From positions 149,731 through 213,730 of the forward strand of contig CAZERI010000002.1 in the NCBI GenBank assembly GCA_964515545.1: 64,000 nt of DNA. Direction: 5' to 3'. The notes beneath the pieces were generated by a model that was not told the origin of the DNA, ran no database searches, and saw only the letters and a list, made by a program, of their open reading frames with translations. Below, in pieces: positions 57,194 through 64,000 of the stretch. Both the position numbers and the translations under genes were made by a program. The stretch is from an uncultured Gammaproteobacteria bacterium (lineage in GTDB: Bacteria; Patescibacteriota; Microgenomatia; Levybacterales; UBA12049). How positions within the stretch are numbered: position 1 is the first letter of the stretch; each line of letters begins with the position of its first letter.

Positions 57194-57943
57194 TTAAGGT
57201 AAAATTTCAATATCTTTTGTTTGTTTAACGCTTATTGTATTTTTATTTGGATCATAAATACCTGTAATGAGAACTCTCCTGTTTAAATAATTATCCATTT
57301 TGAGGTTATTTGAAGATAATATAAAGATTATTTTTTCGTCGTTGTCTAAAAGTACGAATCTTGATAATGGAGGAGTAGGGGTTGGAGTTAATGTAGGAGT
57401 TGGTGTCGGAGGGAAAGGAGTTGCGGTGGGCGTAGTGTTATCTGATTCCGCAGCGAGCACTTGATATGTTCCTTTTACAATACCTACTTTTGATGTCAAA
57501 TATGGTGCGGGAACTAAGGTAGGGATTACTGATGCAATAGGGGGTGATATTGTAGATGTTTTAGTATTCTGTTTTTCTGTTTCTTTTCCCAGATTAAAGA
57601 AAAATGTAAAAGCACTACCTAACACTACCAGAAATACTGGAAGAGCAATTAGTGGGATTTTAACTTTGAATTCAAAGGTGGTTGTCTGTTTATTCTTAAT
57701 TTCCTTAATCCATTGAAGAAGTTTCCTGAATGGGTTATTAACCGTAACACTGAGAAGCGGTTTATCTAGAGATGGATCTGTTAACGCTTCTTTTACAACT
57801 TGTATAGGTCCAGATACCTCAACCGATTTAGTAGCGGTTTTTTCAGGAGGAGTATCTTTAGCAACAAACTTTCCATCTCCATCCCTTAGCCTTTCCTGGG
57901 CCTTCTCAGGGTGTTCAGGATCAACAAACATATAACTCAACAA
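57194..57943 (-). CDS. hypothetical single-pass membrane protein with Pro/Thr-rich extracellular linker
   Basis: TM IPLIALPVFLVVLGSAFTFFF. Linker TTPTATPFPPTPTPTLTPTPTPP. No recognisable domain. Confidence 0.4.
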   Translation of the reverse strand: MLSYMFVDPEHPEKAQERLRDGDGKFVAKDTPPEKTATKSVEVSGPIQVVKEALTDPSLDKPLLSVTVNNPFRKLLQWIKEIKNKQTTTFEFKVKIPLIALPVFLVVLGSAFTFFFNLGKETEKQNTKTSTISPPIASVIPTLVPAPYLTSKVGIVKGTYQVLAAESDNTTPTATPFPPTPTPTLTPTPTPPLSRFVLLDNDEKIIFILSSNNLKMDNYLNRRVLITGIYDPNKNTISVKQTKDIEILP

Positions 57944-57972
57944 TATGCCTGTCTAAATGAATTGTCAATACC

Positions 57973-58740
57973 TTAGCTTTTAATCTTAAAATTAAACTTT
58001 TTAGCGACAAGGTGGATATTTGACTCGCCAAATATTGGAATTGTTAATTCGTCAATTAATGCAACAATATCTGAAAGAAATCCTCGAATAAACCGTATGG
58101 ATTTCCCCGCATTGGTGTTGGTAAAAAGAAAGTTTCTAATTATTCCTTCATGTTTTCCAACTAGTAGGACGTCATAACCACATTCTTTCACAAGCTTTGT
58201 TAAATTTTCAGATGTATATCTGCGGACATGTCCTACTTGTTTATCGAATTCTTTAAGCATACCCATTCTATACAGGGGTGCATTTTTGGAAGGAGTGGTA
58301 ATTACTAAAAACCCTCCTGCCTTAAGTACTTTCCGAATATCTCTCAAAGCTTTTTTGTCATCATCTAAATGTTCAATAACTTCAGAAAATATCACAAGGT
58401 CGTATTTATTCCCTGAAATTTTAGAAGGGAAAGTAGCATTAATAAATGTAATTTTTTTGTCAAGGTTGAACATCTGAGTGTTCTTTTTTGCAAGTTCGAT
58501 GGCTTGTTTGGATATTTCAATCCCTGTTACATTTTTTCCTTTAGTAGCAAGGTAAAAATCGACAGCTCCAACTCCACATCCGATATCGAGTACATTTTTG
58601 ACTTTTGATAGAAGCGGTCTAAGAATTTTAATTAACTCTCGATACGTAAAATTATTATCAGTAATGATTCGCTTTTGAAGTTTCCTATCGTTATGAAACT
58701 CTTCATATAATTTATTTTTTTGTTTAGATGAATTTTTCAT
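57973..58740 (-). CDS. class I SAM-dependent methyltransferase
   Basis: Motif I VLDIGCGVGAVDFYLA, post-I acidic residue, motif II VIFSEVIEHL. Confidence 0.85.
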   Translation of the reverse strand: MKNSSKQKNKLYEEFHNDRKLQKRIITDNNFTYRELIKILRPLLSKVKNVLDIGCGVGAVDFYLATKGKNVTGIEISKQAIELAKKNTQMFNLDKKITFINATFPSKISGNKYDLVIFSEVIEHLDDDKKALRDIRKVLKAGGFLVITTPSKNAPLYRMGMLKEFDKQVGHVRRYTSENLTKLVKECGYDVLLVGKHEGIIRNFLFTNTNAGKSIRFIRGFLSDIVALIDELTIPIFGESNIHLVAKKFNFKIKS

Positions 58741-58778
58741 TGATCGTATTTTAACATAATGTTGAGTTATAATTAGGT

Positions 58779-60308
58779 TTGGATCATAATACTTCTATGA
58801 AGAGGTTGTGGGGACAAGATATATTAATACCTGCTGCAATTTTTGCAGTTGTTCTCTCTACCAGTTACTTCTTTTCTCATATCGGGATAGACCCTCATCA
58901 TGATGGTTTAATGCTGAAAAATGCAGTAGATGTCTATAACGGGAAAATGCTTTTTAAGGAGAGCTATACTCCCTATGGAGCATTAACAACTCTCATTCAC
59001 AGCTGGTTTATGATGCTTTTTGGAGTAAAACTTCTCTCCCTTAAGATTGCCTCTAGTATTTTTTACGCATCAAGTGGAGTTCTTATCTGGCTTATCTCAA
59101 GACACTTTTTATCTAAGAATTACTCACTGGCTGTTATTCTCCTTTGGGTAGGGAATCTTCCATTTTTTACCGATCCGTTATATCCTTGGGCATCAATTTA
59201 TGCCACATTTTTTGTCCTTCTTACTCAATACACAATTTTGACTGCAATATCTCTTAAAAAATCTCAGAGATTGCACTACTTCCTATATGCTTTGTCAGGT
59301 GCTCTGGGGATGTGTGCATTTTGGTGTAAACAGCCATATGGTACAGTCCTATGTGCGCTGATTATTATTCCTCTTATTAGATGGTATATACAGAAAAAAC
59401 CTAGTAGAAAGTATGTATTAGAGATAGTATCTGTAATAGCTGGGGCAGCTATAGTACATGGGATATTTTTGGGATGGCTTATTTACAATAATTCTCTGGG
59501 GGACTGGTTCGTAGAGACAGTACGACTGGGGTATATCACAGGGAGAGTATTAGGAGAGCATTTTAGTGTTCTCGACTTTTTTTCAGTACTGATCCATAAT
59601 CCTTTAGGATTACTTTTACCGCTTAGTGTGGGATACCTTCTGATGACTGAGGGTAAAAATATTTTTCAGGGGAAGAAAGCCGATCTAAAGAAGATCTCTC
59701 TTGCCCTCTTAGCTTCCAGTGCACTTCTCTCATACTATCCACTTTACGATTTAAGCCATCGATTCTGGGCAGGAACACCAAGCTATGCAGTTCTCGGAAT
59801 AGCAATCTATAATGTGGCACGCTACCGAGTAAAAAACTTCGTATATGCTATGATCCTACTTTTAATAGGATTTTGTGTAGCTTTTGATAGTACGAGAAGT
59901 ATTATCTCCGGATTAAATAAAGTAGCTGTCCCTTATCGGAGTATTACTTATCCTTCGATCTTATCTGGGGTGAGGGTGAGTGCGAAGGAGGAAGAAGGAT
60001 ACAAGGAGTTGGCATCAAAAATGGATACCTATTTCAGGACTCATCCTGGTTCGACATTTATCGTTCTGGGAGGAGATGCTCTTTCTCTCACATTTACTTC
60101 TTATTCTCATAACACCGGCCCGTATTTCGTAGATTTCAGTGACATTACCTCAGGAATCTATCCATACAATCAGCGCTTAGATGAGTATATCTCTAAATTT
60201 CGTCCTCTCATGCTTGTGACGAAGGTACCGCCTGTTATCCCTCCTAATTATAAAAAAATCGGAGAATGGCCGGTATTTCATGGAGTATTAGTAATGCCAA
60301 TTAAGTAA
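58779..60308 (+). CDS. polytopic membrane protein, GT-C-fold-like (paralogue of 1..1920 and 61264..63081)
   Basis: More than 10 TM helices. First loop GIDPHHDGLMLKNAVDVYNGK with conserved acidic residues. Shared block GVKLLSLKIASSIFYASSG aligns with ISIKLTYIISIFLSG and SIKLLLITSFVASG of the paralogues. Confidence 0.4.
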   Translation: MDHNTSMKRLWGQDILIPAAIFAVVLSTSYFFSHIGIDPHHDGLMLKNAVDVYNGKMLFKESYTPYGALTTLIHSWFMMLFGVKLLSLKIASSIFYASSGVLIWLISRHFLSKNYSLAVILLWVGNLPFFTDPLYPWASIYATFFVLLTQYTILTAISLKKSQRLHYFLYALSGALGMCAFWCKQPYGTVLCALIIIPLIRWYIQKKPSRKYVLEIVSVIAGAAIVHGIFLGWLIYNNSLGDWFVETVRLGYITGRVLGEHFSVLDFFSVLIHNPLGLLLPLSVGYLLMTEGKNIFQGKKADLKKISLALLASSALLSYYPLYDLSHRFWAGTPSYAVLGIAIYNVARYRVKNFVYAMILLLIGFCVAFDSTRSIISGLNKVAVPYRSITYPSILSGVRVSAKEEEGYKELASKMDTYFRTHPGSTFIVLGGDALSLTFTSYSHNTGPYFVDFSDITSGIYPYNQRLDEYISKFRPLMLVTKVPPVIPPNYKKIGEWPVFHGVLVMPIK

Positions 60309-60329
60309 ATTCGTAGTAAAATAGCGTTT

Positions 60330-61337
60330 ATGAAAAAAATAATCTTTCTTACCAGATCATATTACCCAAATGGAGGAGGAGTGGAAAAACATATCTATGA
60401 AATTTCTAAAGTACTGGCAGGCAGAGGAGATAGAATTACTATTATTACCGAAGATTCATTACAAAATAAAACAATTGATTTTAATTTTGCTATAAAAGGA
60501 GTTAAGATAATACGAATTCCGGCTGGTAGAAATAATTGGTTTAAAAAATTTAGAATTTGGCAATGGATATGGAGAAATAAAGAGCAAATATTGAACTCTG
60601 ATATTATCCACTGTCACGATGTCTTCTTCTGGTACTTACCGCTTGCCATTACTAATCCTCTTAAAAGTGTCTATACGACATTTCATGGATATGAAAGCTA
60701 TCCTATCAAACTAAAAGCGGTTATCTACCGTAAAGTATTTGAGTATATGTCAAACAAGACAATCTGTGTAGGAGATTTTATGCGCAAGTGGTATCATGCT
60801 CATCCAACAGCTGTTATTTATGGCGGAGTGGAACTGCCAGCAAAATCAAGTAAACCAAGAAAAAATACAGCTGTATTTATTGGAAGACTTGATGAACATA
60901 CGGGTATCAAGACATATGTTGAGGCTGTCACACTTTTAAGGAAAAAGATACCCTCCTTTACTTTAACTGTGTATGGAGATGGACCACTTAAGGATGAGAT
61001 CAAAAGAGAAGGAGTAATACTAAAAGGATTTGATCCTCATGCAGATAAGGAGATTCAAAAATATGAATACGCATTTATTTCTCGGTATTTAGGCATACTT
61101 GAAGCTATGGCGGGAAAACGTCTTATTTTCTCCCATTATGATAATCCTGTTAAAAAAGATTATTTAGAAATGACTCCTTACCGGGAGTGGATAGTGTCAT
61201 TTACATCAGCTAAAGAATTAGTATCTCTGATACAAAATAATAAAAATTACTCTGCAAAAGTAACTAATGCTTACGAGTGGGTAAAAGGCCAGAGTTGGGA
61301 GCATGTCGCTGACGTCTATTCTTCTTTGTGGAAGTAA
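60330..61337 (+). CDS. GT4 (group 1) glycosyltransferase
   Basis: MKKIIFLTRSYYPNGGGVEKH N-terminal GT4 motif. C-terminal domain about 335 aa. Confidence 0.8.
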   Translation: MKKIIFLTRSYYPNGGGVEKHIYEISKVLAGRGDRITIITEDSLQNKTIDFNFAIKGVKIIRIPAGRNNWFKKFRIWQWIWRNKEQILNSDIIHCHDVFFWYLPLAITNPLKSVYTTFHGYESYPIKLKAVIYRKVFEYMSNKTICVGDFMRKWYHAHPTAVIYGGVELPAKSSKPRKNTAVFIGRLDEHTGIKTYVEAVTLLRKKIPSFTLTVYGDGPLKDEIKREGVILKGFDPHADKEIQKYEYAFISRYLGILEAMAGKRLIFSHYDNPVKKDYLEMTPYREWIVSFTSAKELVSLIQNNKNYSAKVTNAYEWVKGQSWEHVADVYSSLWK

Positions 61338-63081
61338 TTTTTATACGATTAAGTAGCGCATGGATACCTCTTCGAGTAAGTAAGTAAAATGCTAAAGAAA
61401 GAGCAGTAATACCGCTTATCCATTTCCCACTTATCCTATCCGCTGTATCGGTAAAAGTCAGGTCAATCTTTGACAACCCAGGGGGGACTTTAAAGGTAAT
61501 TACTCCTGTATATATCTTATTGTGGTAATCAATGGCTACTTCTTTATCATTAATGAAAGTCTTCCATCCGGGGTAATAATAGGTGTTTTCTTTAATCCTC
61601 ATAGGTGTCTTTGCATATATCAGATACTGATGATTGGTCATATCATGCTTGAGTATTTTTATCTCTCCTTGTCCAGAAAGTACTTCTATGGGAGAGTGAG
61701 GAACTGTACCAATCCAGATCTGGTCTCTATTGACAGAATTTGGAGTAGTAAGATCTACCACTCCAGGTCTTTCTCCAAAGAGAGGTTGGGATCTGATTAC
61801 GCTGTCACTGAGGAATGGAACCATTTTTCTATTTCCCCAGTTTAGTAGGGTATACATGATAGTAAAAAAACAAATGATATAGATAATTTTTTTAGGGATC
61901 ACCTTAGTGGTAATGGCAGCAATGAGTGATGTCAGTAAGCTGATCTCTATTAAAAGCCTCCATGTAAATTGAAAATTTTTAAGAAGCGGAGTTAGGTTCC
62001 AGATGGGGCGTGTTATTTCCTGCATTGCTATAAAAAGAACAGAAAATACCGCCAGGCTCAGTGCCAGTAAATAATAATTTTTACCTTTTACTTTCTTTTT
62101 GATAAGAATATACAATGCAATACCTATAACAATCCACTGAAGGTAGCCGACATTTAAGTACAGTTCACCACGATGTCCTTGGAAAAGGAGTCCAAATCTA
62201 TTTTCAGAGTAGAGAAAGCTGCTAAGCGGATGGAAGTCTATCTTATCGTCAGTTACATACCAAGTTAATTTACCTTCGGCAAGTACAGGGATCCAGTAAA
62301 AGGCTGCTAGTAAAATTCCTAGCAATTGTGAGAAAAATGAAATAATTAAAGAGGAAAATTTTCTTTTTTTAATTCTTATCCATACAATGAACGAGTATCC
62401 TAACAGAAGCGGAAGAGCGACAAAAGAAGTGACTTGATGAGACAGGATAAGAAGTCCAAAAAATATTCCCTCTAAGATAAAATAAAAAGACTTTTTTGAC
62501 TCAATAAATCTTTTTGTTAGGAGGAAGGTAAATGGGAGAATTGTAAATGATACCATTTCTCCAATCGCGACTCTAAAATGAAGATCAATAAGGTGATATG
62601 GGGCAAACAAATAAAATATACCAGCGACAAACCCTGCTAGCTCACCAAGTTCCTCTTTTATCCAAAGATACATTCCCAGTCCTGAAGCGACAAAACTGGT
62701 AATAAGAAGTAGTTTGATGCTTCCGATAAATGAAAAGCCGAGAAAATGGAAAAAAGATGCTATGTAGTAAGGAAAGGGATAGATAAATATGTATACCGGA
62801 CAGCCATAAGATCCGCAGTGCCTACCCATCCATTGGGGGATGAGGTTGCCTTGGACAATATTGTCAAAAAATTGGGCAGTAAATTTGGCATGAAGGGTCA
62901 GATCTCCACTTTCATACGTTCCATTTCGAAGAATACTGATGAGCGGGAGGAAGGAAATAAGAAGTAGAAGGATAAAAAAACTAATCTTTTTTTTAAAAAC
63001 TTTTGTATAAATAACCAGCCCGCTTAGTAAGGAAAAAGACGCTATTAGACTTACAAAAACCATTCTTTGTGGCTCAAGCAT
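61264..63081 (-). CDS. polytopic membrane protein, GT-C-fold (ArnT/PMT/YfhO-like) putative glycosyltransferase
   Basis: 605 aa, more than 12 TM. Loop NGTYESGDLTLHAKF...LIPQWMG. Paralogous to the ORFs at 1..1920 and 58779..60308. Confidence 0.5.
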   Translation of the reverse strand: MLEPQRMVFVSLIASFSLLSGLVIYTKVFKKKISFFILLLLISFLPLISILRNGTYESGDLTLHAKFTAQFFDNIVQGNLIPQWMGRHCGSYGCPVYIFIYPFPYYIASFFHFLGFSFIGSIKLLLITSFVASGLGMYLWIKEELGELAGFVAGIFYLFAPYHLIDLHFRVAIGEMVSFTILPFTFLLTKRFIESKKSFYFILEGIFFGLLILSHQVTSFVALPLLLGYSFIVWIRIKKRKFSSLIISFFSQLLGILLAAFYWIPVLAEGKLTWYVTDDKIDFHPLSSFLYSENRFGLLFQGHRGELYLNVGYLQWIVIGIALYILIKKKVKGKNYYLLALSLAVFSVLFIAMQEITRPIWNLTPLLKNFQFTWRLLIEISLLTSLIAAITTKVIPKKIIYIICFFTIMYTLLNWGNRKMVPFLSDSVIRSQPLFGERPGVVDLTTPNSVNRDQIWIGTVPHSPIEVLSGQGEIKILKHDMTNHQYLIYAKTPMRIKENTYYYPGWKTFINDKEVAIDYHNKIYTGVITFKVPPGLSKIDLTFTDTADRISGKWISGITALSLAFYLLTRRGIHALLNRIKITSTKKNRRQRHAPNSGLLPTRKH

Positions 63082-63160
63082 ATTATTGATTATAAGTTAT
63101 TGTATAGGTCTTTAAAAGGTATTGCTTTTATACCTTACAGTAACTATTATTGGTATATTA

Positions 63161-64000
63161 ATGAAATCAAAAAAATCAGCACCTTTACGAGTTCCTTACG
63201 CAAAGGCAGTCTATGACACAAAGGAGCAAAAAGCGGTTCTTAGAGTTCTTCAAGAGCATCGTGAGATGATCGGTGTTGAGGTTAAAAATTTTCAGGAAGG
63301 GGTAGCAAAATATTTTGGAAAAAAATACGGCATCATGACGAATTCTGGTTCGTCTGCAAATTTACTGGCTTTTGAACTCCTTGACCTTCCTAAAGGATCT
63401 GAAGTAATTACGCCTGTCCTAACATTCTCTACTACAGTAGCGCCTCTTATCGCTAAAGGGTTAATTCCGGTTTTTGTTGATGTAGTAAAAGGGACTTACC
63501 AGATTGATGCCGATAAAGTTGAGAAAGCCATCTCAAAAAAAACAAAAGCAATTATGGTCCCTCTTCTTTTGGGGAATGTTCCAGATATGGCTAAGCTTTC
63601 ACGGATTGCTAAGAAGCACAAATTATTTCTAGTAGAAGATTCCTGTGATACATTAGGTGCTGCCTATAATAATAAGCCAACAGGGAGCTATTCTGATATT
63701 ACTACAACTAGTTTTTATGGTTCACATATTATAACTGCTGGAGGCGGTGGAGGAATGATAATGGTAAATAAGGAAAGCTGGCGTGATCGAGCAAAAGTCC
63801 TCAGAGGATGGGGTAGAGGATCTGCACTTATTAACGAGTCAGAAGACTTAGATCTGAGATTTCAGTCAAAAATTGGGAATATACCATATGACGCAAAATT
63901 TATCTTTGGTGATATTGGATATAATTTCTTACCTACTGAAATAGGAGCAGCATTTGGTAATGCACAGCTTAAAAAACTTCCTCAGTTCAGAAAGATACGA
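63161..64000 (+). CDS. DegT/DnrJ/EryC1/StrS-family PLP-dependent sugar aminotransferase (partial, C-terminus beyond window end)
   Basis: ATG 63161. VPYAKAVYDTKEQKAVLRVL, GSSANLLAFELL and FYGSHIITAGGGGGMI motifs. Open to position 64000. Confidence 0.85.
   Translation, partial: MKSKKSAPLRVPYAKAVYDTKEQKAVLRVLQEHREMIGVEVKNFQEGVAKYFGKKYGIMTNSGSSANLLAFELLDLPKGSEVITPVLTFSTTVAPLIAKGLIPVFVDVVKGTYQIDADKVEKAISKKTKAIMVPLLLGNVPDMAKLSRIAKKHKLFLVEDSCDTLGAAYNNKPTGSYSDITTTSFYGSHIITAGGGGGMIMVNKESWRDRAKVLRGWGRGSALINESEDLDLRFQSKIGNIPYDAKFIFGDIGYNFLPTEIGAAFGNAQLKKLPQFRKIR

Overview
This window is a low-GC, gene-dense bacterial chromosomal segment with almost no intergenic space and very few intrinsic terminators. 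An archaeal/eukaryote-type GlyRS, a type-2-like IleRS, DUF4012 and the abundance of glycosyltransferases suggest a Candidate Phyla Radiation / Patescibacteria-like organism. That placement is an inference only. TGA is used as a stop codon, so this is genetic code 11.

Three blocks dominate.

(1) A roughly 14 kb surface-glycan island at 2.3-16.2 kb, entirely on the + strand. It encodes a polyprenyl-phosphate sugar synthase (GT2), five GT4 genes (one truncated), a hexapeptide acetyltransferase, a second GT2, an O-antigen-ligase (Wzy_C) domain fused to a GT-C domain, a paralogous stand-alone GT-C protein, GDP-mannose pyrophosphorylase and a priming phosphoglycosyltransferase. A DUF4012 protein follows.

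(2) An interrupted division/cell-wall (dcw) cluster: mraZ-rsmH-ftsL-ftsI, then murE-murC-murA ... mraY-ftsW-murG-ftsQ-like-ftsA-ftsZ. Three unusual inserts sit inside it.
- A GC-richer PurF-PurN fusion gene, preceded by a promoter and a leader terminator hairpin.
- A split, eukaryote-like UDP-GlcNAc module: a GlmU uridyltransferase domain only, then a GNAT, a HAD-family protein and GlmS.
- A MurF-like protein with a degenerate P-loop and a membrane N-terminus, in the position murF normally occupies.

(3) Housekeeping and salvage genes: AhcY, a PfkB kinase, a beta-CASP RNase, IleRS, RodA, L21, L27, ParB, LepB and a secreted SNase-Excalibur nuclease. At the 3' end, a second glycan cluster begins with three paralogous GT-C-like membrane proteins, a GT4, a SAM methyltransferase and a DegT aminotransferase.

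I could identify no rRNA, tRNA, CRISPR array or transposase. The notable small-scale signals are:
- a perfect (AGGTCTT)7 heptanucleotide repeat in a promoter region;
- a perfect 12-bp inverted repeat enclosing the -10 box upstream of rpmA-parB;
- direct repeats in the lepB/nuclease divergent region;
- structured, GC-rich leaders upstream of the purF-purN fusion gene and of an EamA transporter.
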